The notes below the pieces were generated by a model that saw only the letters and a list, made by a program, of their open reading frames with translations, had not been told where the DNA came from and made no database searches. From positions 91,969 through 155,968 of the forward strand of contig JAAOMT010000088.1 of NCBI GenBank assembly GCA_016748015.1: a stretch of DNA of 64,000 nt, written 5' to 3'. Below, piece after piece: positions 39,421 through 50,699 of this stretch (its first letter is position 1; the number at the start of each line of letters is the position of its first letter). This stretch comes from Geosiphon pyriformis uo1. Taxonomy: Eukaryota > Fungi > Glomeromycota. The position numbers and the translations under genes were made by a program.

Positions 39421-39968
39421 TGTTACCCAAGTAAAAAAACCAAAAAGCTATGGGAAAATGTAACAAAGAAACATGACAAAAAAAGTACAGTACAATTCAA
39501 AATAATATAGAACAAATGTGAACAATAATGAGCAGTAGCTAACAATAACAAATAATAGCTAGCAATAATGAGCAATAGATAGCAATAACAAGCAATAGCT
39601 AGCAATAATGAGTAATAGCTAACAATAATAAAACAATAGCTAGCAATAGTGAAGCAATTGGAAGCAATCCTGTAAAACCAAAAGAATGTATAAAAGCAAG
39701 TAGTTGTAAAAGTTGAAAAGACAGAGTTAGTTAGTAATCAATTTTACTTTGTATTCTACTTATTATATATCCATAGTCCAAAATACAATAATTATCAAAA
39801 ACAAAATCCAATTTACCAATTCATGTTCTCCAATTTTATGGATTTTAATTAAAATTAAAATTAGTATTTTCTATCTTTGTTTTGGGACAGATACATTAGC
39901 ATAAACGCCTCAAACTCCTAACAATTTGGACCAATCGCTCTTGATCATGGCAATTAATAGGAACTAAT

Positions 39969-40004
<36 letters not shown>
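39421..40004 (+). repeat. 5' LTR of element C (partial, ends in poly-T and gap)
   Basis: Aligns with 48158-48730. 20-bp agcaataatgagcaatagct array at 39525-39660, then TATAAAA. Confidence 0.9.
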
Positions 40005-40780
40005 NNNNNNNNNNNNNNNNNNNNNNNNNNNNNNNNNNNNNNNNNNNNNNNNNNNNNNNNNNNNNNNNNNNNNNNNNNNNNNNNNNNNNNNNNNNNNNNN
40101 NNNNNNNNNNNNNNNNNNNNNNNNNNNNNNNNNNNNNNNNNNNNNNNNNNNNNNNNNNNNNNNNNNNNNNNNNNNNNNNNNNNNNNNNNNNNNNNNNNNN
40201 NNNNNNNNNNNNNNNNNNNNNNNNNNNNNNNNNNNNNNNNNNNNNNNNNNNNNNNNNNNNNNNNNNNNNNNNNNNNNNNNNNNNNNNNNNNNNNNNNNNN
40301 NNNNNNNNNNNNNNNNNNNNNNNNNNNNNNNNNNNNNNNNNNNNNNNNNNNNNNNNNNNNNNNNNNNNNNNNNNNNNNNNNNNNNNNNNNNNNNNNNNNN
40401 NNNNNNNNNNNNNNNNNNNNNNNNNNNNNNNNNNNNNNNNNNNNNNNNNNNNNNNNNNNNNNNNNNNNNNNNNNNNNNNNNNNNNNNNNNNNNNNNNNNN
40501 NNNNNNNNNNNNNNNNNNNNNNNNNNNNNNNNNNNNNNNNNNNNNNNNNNNNNNNNNNNNNNNNNNNNNNNNNNNNNNNNNNNNNNNNNNNNNNNNNNNN
40601 NNNNNNNNNNNNNNNNNNNNNNNNNNNNNNNNNNNNNNNNNNNNNNNNNNNNNNNNNNNNNNNNNNNNNNNNNNNNNNNNNNNNNNNNNNNNNNNNNNNN
40701 NNNNNNNNNNNNNNNNNNNNNNNNNNNNNNNNNNNNNNNNNNNNNNNNNNNNNNNNNNNNNNNNNNNNNNNNNNNNNNNN
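40005..40780. other. Assembly gap (N run)
   Basis: 776 N bases. Smaller 20-N gaps at 1173-1192 and 1873-1892. Confidence 1.
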
Positions 40781-40984
40781 AGAAGGAAACATGTCAACTT
40801 GGGAACAACCACTAACATAAAACCCAGCAAAATTAGCATCTCCTTTGATAGAAAGAACAGCTATCTTACAACCTATTGGTTCAAATGACAAAGGGAAAAA
40901 ACCAGCATTAGCACCCAAAGAACACTTGAATACACAGACACCAATCCCCTTAAACATAACCAATAACACCCCATCTATTAACTG

Positions 40985-41760
40985 AATCATGGCTTACTGA
41001 GATATTGCTAAATTGGAGAAATTCTCTAGTGAAGAAGATAACACATATTCTTGGATTGCAGATGCCGAAAAAGCAATTACCACTAATGGTTGAGACAACA
41101 ATCACACAATTCAGACACTGGCATTTTTTCTGATTGGAACTACCAATTCATGGTATCAAAGTCTTGCAGAGAAACCTACCTCTTTTACAGAGTTTAAACT
41201 CGCATTTCTGCAATACTTTTGTGATCTTAATACACTTATCTGATTGCAAAATCAATTCAGTATAATAAAATAAAATGACCATAAAGCAATAACTACTTAT
41301 CTTGAAAGATTTAATCAGGTTCTTTGACAAATCCTAACTATCGAGCAAAATTATTATACCACCACACAAGTCCTCAATCAATTTATTAAAAGACTAAAAA
41401 GCAGTCTCCTAAGATCTATATGACTTCGCCATCCAACAAATCTACAAGAAGCAGTCACTCTTGCTCACAATTTTGAATCTGCAGAACAAAAAGCAAATCA
41501 TACTCAAGCTGTAAATTTAGCCATCAATGGAACTTCTGACATCGATACAAAAATAACTCAATTAAGTAAGAAATTAACTTAGAAAATTGAGGGATTCTTA
41601 GCCAAAACCACAGGAACTTACCAACTACTACAACAAAGAGAAAATAACAACAATAGCAGATACCCACAGCAACAATCTTGGAGATCCAATCCTTACAACT
41701 GTTACTACTGCCAGAAACTTGAACACATTGCCCGTGACTGTAGAAAGAAGATAATGGACC
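40985..41760 (+). pseudogene. gag: Gag of element C with zinc knuckle
   Basis: DIAKLEKFSSEEDNTYSWIADAEKAI..FFLIGTTNSWYQSLAEKPTSFTEFK and CYYCQKLEHIARDC at ~41700. Confidence 0.85.
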
Positions 41761-42309
41761 AAATTCAAAGAAACCAATACCAGTAATCAAGATATCAGCA
41801 AAACATGATATCCCAATATTCCATATCTCAAAATCAACCACTTCAGCATGCACAACAAGTCCTGTACACTCAACCACCACCCCAGAATTATTATCAACTA
41901 TCACCAATAACACAAGCAATCTCTTACTATCAAACTCCTCCTTACAGCCAGCTTAGACCTTGAGCCATAGATTATAATCAGGGATAGAGAAATCCCAACA
42001 ACAATCAGGTGCAAACCAACAGTAGACCATCTCAACCAATCCCTTACAGTCCTGTTCAATTTCAATTAGCACCAACTAGATACCCGAATTAAGCTTCCTA
42101 CTTCAGTTTTATAGAAGACCAGGGTTTTGATAAATCTACATCTGTGGAAGGAAGAGATGTAGAACAAATCTCTCAACCTTCCAAGCCAACAAAAAGCAAT
42201 ATTTCACCAGCCACTATTACTAAGGACATCACTCTAGCCACCATATTTCTTTTTGACATCAATAATTTGAACACTCATAGCCTTTTTAATGGAGCAGTCA
42301 TCAATCAGG

Positions 42310-45300
42310 ATAAACCAATAATGGCCCTATACACCAATGCCAGAGTCAGAAGAATAGACATTAAATTAATCCTGAATAGCAGATTAGCCAGTAGCATAAT
42401 CATGAAGCAGCTCATAGACCAACTAGGTTACCAAGTAGACTGTACCACTACTGTCCAGATCATTACAGTGGATGGAAACACAAAAATCCCAATAGAAGAA
42501 ATTGACAACTTCTTTTTCAAGATTAATGAAATTCAGATCCCTACCAAGGTCTTCATCATAAAAGCTATTCAATATCAAGCTCTAGTAGGAAATAATTGGT
42601 TGTTAAAAGCCAATGCTACTTTCAACAGGAACACCCAAGAACTTTAACTCATGTTTAACAAACAGCATGCCCAAGTCCCAGCTATGTGTGGACACTTTAA
42701 AACCCAATATACTGAAAAACCTCTTATTGAATTCAAAGACACACCACTACTACCAACTATCAAAATCTATCAGGTTTCATAAACAGACAATTATTGAACT
42801 GAACTACTCCTACCACCAACCTGGGAAGAAAAAAGAAAAGGCAGAGCTAAAGAAAAACCCCAATTGTCATTATTAGGATACATAATTTCAGACCAAAGAA
42901 ACCTATTTTATCAATCTCCAAGACTAATATGTGTTAATTGTGGAAAAAAGCTATCCATTATGGGCACATATATTGGAGACAATAAAGAATGGCCCATTGT
43001 TATCAAATACTACTGTAGATCTTGTTTACTGGAAAGATTTAGATGACCGAAATAACAAGACAAGTAGGATTACATGCCATGCCTCGCATGTGATGAGATC
43101 CTGCCTGATAAAAGACTCTGGAATAATGTGCCTGACAGAGGAAGAACATGTGACAAAGCTTGTCAGTACACCTATTAATCAACAATTGGGTACGAAAAAA
43201 AACCCTCATTGAAGACACTTAGAAACAAGCACTCAATAGACTGAATAGTTATCCACACAATGATCACAAAATTTGAAGAATGGCAAGCACCAAAGCTGAA
43301 AGCACTATGCCCAAAGAAATATAAGAAATCAAAAACAACCCTTGGATGCCTGAATATAATAGATCCAACTACTCTGCAGATAATTTTGTCACAGATGACT
43401 CCAATGCATTTCAGAACTGATATTAAGAATTGGTTCTGATCTGAAAAGAGCAAGAACAGTGACTAGTTAATCTAAATACCAAACTATGTGATTACTGCTT
43501 AATTTCTTACTACTTCTAATACTGCAATGAGTGTGATCTCATATTCAACCTGCCTCCCAAAATTCTATACCCAATCACCAAATTACCTGAGCCTAAGAAA
43601 AAAAAGGAATTATTTGCCAAGGACATGTTATTTCAAGAGCCAAATTAGACTACCAAAATAGAACAATACTTTGCGTATTCTGATTTCTCCAAAGAATTAG
43701 AATTAAAATAGCACAGTAACAACAATGAAGGAATATGTCCTGAAAAAGCACATAAACCTAATACAAGTTTTGACTTAAGATATCTTGGACAATTACTCAT
43801 AGTTATAGCCCCACATTCCCTGGTAAAAATAGATCTCAAAATAGCGCTAGAAATTTCTGTTAGTACTATGGTACAAGTAGTATCTAGATCGAGCCTTGTA
43901 AAGAAAAGAATCGACATAAAAGGAGGAATTATTGATGCCAAATATATGAGAAACATCATTTTAATGCTACAGAACAATTAAGATAAGTCCTACAAAATCA
44001 AATCCCATGAAAAGATTGTTCAAGCCATCTTCTTATCTTTAGTCAAAATACTTCAACTAGCCTTAGTTATTATTTGATAAAAATTAAGCTTTACTGCCCA
44101 AGAAATCAAAAAGTTTGGCTCAAGTAGAAAAGAGAATGTAATAGTCAATTTTACAGAGGAGGATAGTGACCAGATAAAACTTATCTATACTAACATCATT
44201 ATTTCTATCACTCCTTATTAATAGTACATTCTCAAAGTTGACTGAAGAATTCAGAACCAAGCACTAGTTTTTGAGACTGATTCCGAGATTTGCTTGTTAG
44301 TTGACATCACTAATCTTTACTTATCAGCCAAAGCTCATAAACACTTTAAAATTCTCATTCACAATCTGACTGAAAATATTATTAAAATTCCTGAGAAAAC
44401 TCTTGTTGGTTTTATATCTTCAGATATTCAGAATCCAAAAAAACTCCAGTCTATTCCAGATTTCACTCAATTGTTCTTGTTCTGTAATATTACTTCACAA
44501 GTATAAAACCTGCCAAAGGAAAGTTATTTGTTTACACCAAAAGAAATCAATAAACTCAATTTGAGAAACCTTAGTACTACTTTACAGCAAATACAACTTA
44601 AGATTCTATTAAACTAATATGCTGATGTTTTTGTCAGTGAAAATGAGTTTGGATGCACTAATATCATGAAACACCAAATTGACACTAGAGATGCTTGATC
44701 TATTAAGCAGTAAGCTTACCACATACCTCCAACTGGTAATAACCTGATTAAGCAGGAAGTACAACAAATGCTTGACAATGGACTGATTAAAAAATTATTA
44801 AGCTTTTGGTCCTCTCCAGTAGTTTTAGTCACCAAAAAAAATGGAAAGATATAATTCTGCATGAATTACCAAAAATTAAATAGTGTTACCCAAGAAGATA
44901 GCTATTTCACTCCTCTTATCTAAGAAATCTTGGACAACTTAGAAAAAAAAAAATGGTTCTTATCACTAGATTTAGCCAGTAGATATTGACAAGTCAAAAT
45001 AAACCTAAAAAACAAAGGGAAAATGGCATTCACTACTCAAGACAGAAATTTTGAATTTAATATAATGCTCTTTGGACTTTGAAATGCTCCTACCATCTTT
45101 TAGCATCTCATGAATGTCATATATAAGGGAATCCTATGAAAATCAATCATAGTTTACTTAGACAACACAAACATGTTCTCAGAAATGTTCGATGAACATT
45201 TGCTACACCTCTAACAAGTCTTTGAACATCTTCAAAATATCAGACTAAAACTTAATCCCAATAAATGCTTCTTTGGAAAAACTGAGCTGAAATTCCTAGG

Positions 45301-47260
45301 ACACGTAATCGGCAAAAACAGAATCAAACCTGATCCAAACAAGATCTAGAAAGTCAAAGATTTCTCAGCTCCTATTAATCTTCAAGAACTATGTAGATTC
45401 TTGGAATTAGCAAGATATTACTAATAGTTCATCAAAGATTTCTCAACTATCACAAAACCACTTTATCATTTGCTATCTAAACACGTACCATACTGATGGA
45501 AAAAAAAACAACAGAAAACATTCGACTATCTCAAACAGTGATTAATTACCTCTCCAGTATTAATCTATCCAAATTTCATCAAATGTTTCATTGTTGCTAT
45601 GGATGCCTCAAAAAATACACTAGGAGCCATCTTATCTTAGATTAGACCAGACAAAAGGGAACATCCAATTGCATATGCTAGCCATAGCACAAGTCCAGTA
45701 GAAAAGATATATAGTACAACAGACTTGGAATGTCTTGCTATTTATTGGACAATACAAATCTGAAAACATTACCTGAGCCAACTATTCAACCTATATACTG
45801 ATCATAAAGAATTAATTTGGCTACTCAATAACCCAAAGCTGGAAGAAAAATATGCAAAATGGAGTACTTATCTATAACAATTTCCACTCAAAATCTATTA
45901 CAAGGAAGGATTTAAGAACACCAATGCTGACAGTTTGTTGAGGATTCCACAAACCTAATTTCAGATTCATGAACACACTCACTTATCAATAACTATATTA
46001 GTACCTATTAACACTATATTTCAAAGAGATATTATTTCAATAGAAACAAAGTATCATACAAAAACAAACCCGAAATTATTTTATTCAAGACAACCAACTA
46101 TATTAACAAGAATGCCAAAACTGTCCCACCCCACAACAAGTTATAAAAAGCAATGAAAAGGAAACTATATTACATAGTATGCATTCCGATCCAACCACTG
46201 AACACTTTAACAAAGATGCTACTCTCAAAAGAACACTAAATTTATACTATTGGCTAATAATATACAAAGACATTTTTGAATATGTGCTTAATTGTGACTC
46301 ATGCCAGTAAAGAGAAGGAGCAAGATCAACAGAACCACTTTGACTTATTCCAGTTGGAAATCCATTTGATAGAATTGGGATTGATTTGGTTGAACCTCTT
46401 TTAATTACATCCCAAGGAAATTGCTATATTGTTGTAGCTGTAGACTACCTTACAAAATGGCCAGAAGCCAGAGCAATCCAAGTGGCTGATGCCAAAACAG
46501 TAGCCAAATTTGTGCATCAAGACTTAATTTGCTGACATAGATGTCCGAAAAAATTATTATCTGATCAGAGAACACATTTTGTTAATAATATGCTAACTGA
46601 ATTAAGCCAATGATTTGGAATAAAGTGATTCTTATTGTCATCATAACACTCACAAATAAACGGACTGGTAGAACAATTTAACTGAACACTATGTGAAACA
46701 CTAACAAAAATAAGTCATGAAAATAAACAAGAATAAAACTTATTTATATCTTCTGTACTCTTTGCATACCAAATATTGAAACAAAATATGACTCAGTTCA
46801 CACTTTTTGAACTAGTCTATAAAAGAAAAGCTATATTACTGATTGAACAAATGATATTGTTATATCCAACAGAAACAATCAACAAAGAGAATTTTGAAGC
46901 TATCTTACACCAAAAAACATATTAGCTAATAGAAACATTAGAAAATGATTGAAGAACAGCAGCTGACAATATTAGTTATGCTCAAGAATGACAAAAAGAA
47001 AGACATAATAATTGCCTATCAGAACAACCAATGGAATTCAAGATTGGAGACCAAGTACTGTTACATTGTACAAAAGCTAAGAAACAGTAAAGTGGAAAGT
47101 TTAACCCAAAGTGAAATAGTCCATTCCATATACACAAAGCTTTAGGAAATTGAGCTTACAAATTACAATTGAAAGACAGGATTTTAAAGAAAATAGCACA
47201 TAAAAATTGGTTAAAAATTTATCATGCAAAACAGGAATCATCATCATTAGTACCTCAGCT
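42310..47260 (+). pseudogene. pol: Pol of element C (protease, dUTPase, RT, RNase H, integrase)
   Basis: IKLILNSRLASSII (decayed DSG protease); VYLDNTN and KLNPNKCFFG (RT); MDASKNTLGAIL and YTDHKEL (RH); HSDPTTEH..CDSCQ and IGIDLV..VAVDYLTKWPEARAI (IN). Many stops. Confidence 0.92.
43725..44125 (+). pseudogene. dut: dUTPase domain within Gypsy pol
   Basis: PEKAH..TSFDLRY..KIDLKIALEI..VQVVSRSSLVKK.IDIKGGIIDAKY..NIILMLQN..EKIVQAIF..KFGSS shows decayed trimeric dUTPase motifs 1-5. Confidence 0.88.
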
Positions 47261-48157
47261 AGAAACACAAATTTCATTAATCAGACCAAAAGATATACTA
47301 TAAGATCTGGAATCAATTATTGTCATCAAAATGTAGACAATGTGCAACAAATTAAATTAGGGAATTCAAATATATATAGCATCTGAAAAACAGTAAGAAA
47401 CAATAAAACTTTTAACATAGACTTGTCAAATCAAATTTCAGAACAACTATTTGATGCAATTTAACAATCTTCTGTTCAAATAGAAGTAACAATCAATAAA
47501 AAAAAATATGCTATAAAGATAGAAGCAAGAAAGAGATGGGCATGAGTTCAACTAGAACTAACTATTTTCATCTTTACACCCTGTCTGAAAAAAAAATTTT
47601 ACAAAAAAGAATTAAATCGTCTCAAATAGGACTTAAAGAAAGCATGGAGGAATGAGAAAAAGTTTATAAAAGAAGATACTTGGTTCCCAAGCTGAAAAAA
47701 ATCAAAGAAGCTTTAGCTTGTGAGATCAATCTCCCCAAAACAGAGAAATGAACACTAGACAATGCAAAAGAATGAAAAGAAAAACTTTCTCCAGCTTATT
47801 GGTTCTACAAAGTAGGTGAACAATTAGACTTAAAGATATTATATAGAGACTTCAGCCAGAAGACTTTCAACAAAAAAGCAATACAACAAATAGAAAAATT
47901 TGTAGAAAGAAGCAACTTGACCCTACATTACAAAGCAGCATACTAACTATATACTGCTTTTCAACATTGTCCAAATGTACTGTTGTATGAATCTATAAAG
48001 ATGATAACAGTTAATAACATAAAATAAATTACCAATTAACAGTTCAAAGACCTATGAAAAACAATACTTGACACAACCATTAAACATTACACAAACAAAA
48101 ACATAGAAACAGATACATATGATTTTGCAGGAGCTCAATTCTAAAAAAAAGAAATAA

Positions 48158-49115
48158 TATTACCTGAGTAGAAAAACCAAAAAGCTATGGAAAAATGTAA
48201 CAAAGAAACATGACAAAAAAAACACAGTATAATTCGAGGTAACATAGGACAAACATGAGCAATAATAAGCAGTAATTAGCAATAATGAGCAATAGCTAGC
48301 AATAATAAGCAATAGATAGCAATAATGAGCAATAGCTAACAATAATGAACAATAGCTAACAATAACAAAACAATAGCTAGCAATAGTGAAGCAATTAGAA
48401 GCAATTCTGTAAAACCAAAAGAATATATAAAAGCAAGTAGTTGTAGAAATTGAAAAGACAGACAGTTAGTTAGTAATCAATTTTACTTTGTATTCTACTT
48501 ATCATATATCCATAGTCCAAAATACAATAATTATCAAAAACAAAATCCAATTTATCAATTCATGTTTTCCAATCTTATGGATTTTAATTGAAATTAAAAT
48601 CAGTATTTCCTACCTTTGTTTTGGAACAGATGCTATTAGCATAAATGCCTTAAACCCCTAACAATTTAGACTAATCACTTTTAATTATGGCAATTGATGG
48701 AAATTAATTCTTTTTTCTTTTTTCTTTTTTTGTTTGGAATGGCAACATAGAAAAATTGACTGTCTTGGAATAGACTTTGTGATAGCCTGGTAAAAGAGGG
48801 AAGCTCCCCTTAAGTTTTAGATATTAATGTTATCTTGATAGCTTACCAGAAGAGCAAAAAAACAATGCCAGACCCTAACAACTACACTCATTAACATAGA
48901 GAAAAAAGCTCACATTTACGGAAAACATTGCAATCAACAAAAGACAAACTCTGTGTCTTATAACCAAAGAACTCAATGGGTAAAATTTACATTCAGAAAT
49001 CAACTTTTAGAGATTAATAATACTGACATGGTGGAAAAAGCAGACAATCTTGAAAGATAACCCAAAATAGAGCACCAAACATTACCACTATACCCTACCC
49101 AGTTTATTCATAACA
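48158..49115 (+). repeat. 3' LTR of element C
   Basis: tattacc...cataaca, matches the 5' LTR, followed by TSD ATAT. Confidence 0.88.
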
Positions 49116-50690
49116 ATATTAATATTATTAAGATAGACAACTATTAATTGTTATAAAAATCATATACAATATTGATAAGTTATTAAAATATTACTGATGT
49201 ATTACAGAGTCTAAAAAACATAATATTGAATTTATAGTTTTTTTTTTAAATAGTAAAAACTGTTTTAAATCAGTTTTTGAATTTATTTTAACTTGCTAAT
49301 ATCTATTTTTCAAGTCTAAAATTAAAAAAAACTTGGCTTTTTTTAGAACATTTAATATGTTGTCAATTTTGAGTAAAAAATATGCATCTTCAATTATAAT
49401 ACTATTTAATTGATAATAGTCAATACAAAATCTGATTTTCTTATTTTTTTTACTAAAACTACTAATAAGATTCAGAAATTTTTAGATGATTAAATAAGAC
49501 TATTATTGAGTATTTGTTGGATTTCTTCTTTAATAAATTGGTGACTGGCTAATAGAACTTAATATACTTATTGTTATTTTGATAAAATATTTTCAATATA
49601 AATCTGGTATTAGACAATATTTTTTTTTCTTAAATTATTATTGTTTTAAGCAAATATATTAGCATATTTAGTAATTAATTGCTTTAATTGTCTTTGTTGT
49701 TAAGATTTTAGAAGACCTATGTTAATTTTAGCTAGTTTTTTTTATATAAAATGGTAGTTTTTGGTGTTTAAAACAATGTTTAAATTTAAAAAAAAGATGT
49801 CTTTCACAATTTTGATGAAATTAAAAACAATTTAAGAGGTTTTTTTTGAAAAATATTTCTATATATAATTCCAATTTTTAATTTATTTAATAAAATAATG
49901 AGATATTTGTTGAGATTATAGAAAATAACTTGGAACTTTTTCATTCTTTTGAAAATATAAACATTTGAAATTAAGATTTTGTGTTTTAAATAAATTTTTT
50001 TATTTGATTCAAAAATTTATTAGATGGTTGTAAATTTTGGGCAAATGTAAATTTCATAATATTCTTCAAAAGATAAGATAATAATTGATTAAAAAAGTCA
50101 AAGAATCTGGTGAAATTTATTTTATATATTAAAAGCTATATTTACTAAAACTGTAAATTGTTTAGTTAAACCAAAATTTTGTGTTTTTTTTTTACTTTTG
50201 CCCAATTGTTCTTTGTAATTTACTGATTGCAGATCCAAAATATTAATTAAAAATAAGTAGATAACTTAAACAATTTTTTTGGTATGCTTAATCTTAAATA
50301 GTTTGTCAGATTTATTTTGTAACATAATTGTAATGTCTTTTGTATATCCTGTATCTATAACTTTTTTTTTAACATTAATTTTTTTGCTTGCCAATAATGA
50401 TTGAGAAGCAATTTAAATTATTGCTTTTGATAGTATTTTGAAAGCAATTTTAAAATTAATTTTTAATCAGATAGACAAATACAATTGTGATTTTTTCTAA
50501 TAATTCAGTGTTTCAAATTTGATTTTATATTCATTATTTTTATTAGACAAAAGAATGTTAAAAACATAGTATTCTAAATACTATTAGTCATTATAAGACA
50601 TTATATATTTTTTGTATAGTTGAATATTTATTTGTTTTAATTATTGACTTTAAGCTTTTTTGGTTGAATAAGTATAACTTGTAATTTGGT
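49116..50690 (-). mobile_element. pol: Decayed Gypsy element B, dUTPase/RT N-terminal part
   Basis: KIRFCIDYYQLNSIIIEDAY (~49380-49440), KFNIMFFRLCNTSV..VVYLNNINI (~49116-49235) and dUTPase remnant VIDTGYTKDITIMLQNKSDK..NFGLT (~50163-50360). Confidence 0.75.
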
Positions 50691-50699
50691 AATAGATTT

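Larger units (their letters stand above)
39421..49115 (+). mobile_element. Full-length Ty3/Gypsy element C (gag-PR-Cys-rich-dUTPase-RT-RH-IN-extra ORF), decayed
   Basis: 5' LTR starts tgttacc at 39421 (runs into the gap). 3' LTR 48158-49115 is preceded by a purine tract. TSD ATAT (39417-39420, 49116-49119). All pol domains are in Gypsy order. Confidence 0.93.

Noticed and set aside
39525-39660. Regular ~20-bp repeats resembling a CRISPR array (also 34378-34490, 3158-3245)
   Set aside because: Degenerate tandem units lacking CRISPR-like unique spacers, located inside LTRs, no cas genes, eukaryotic context.
39896-40990. Long 364-aa and 291-aa ORFs in the track
   Set aside because: Artefacts of reading through the N gap and poly-T.
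47100-47330. Possible chromodomain at integrase C-terminus
   Set aside because: Only a decayed GPF/Y-type motif (SPFHIHKALGN*AYKL) is visible, and no chromodomain pattern follows.
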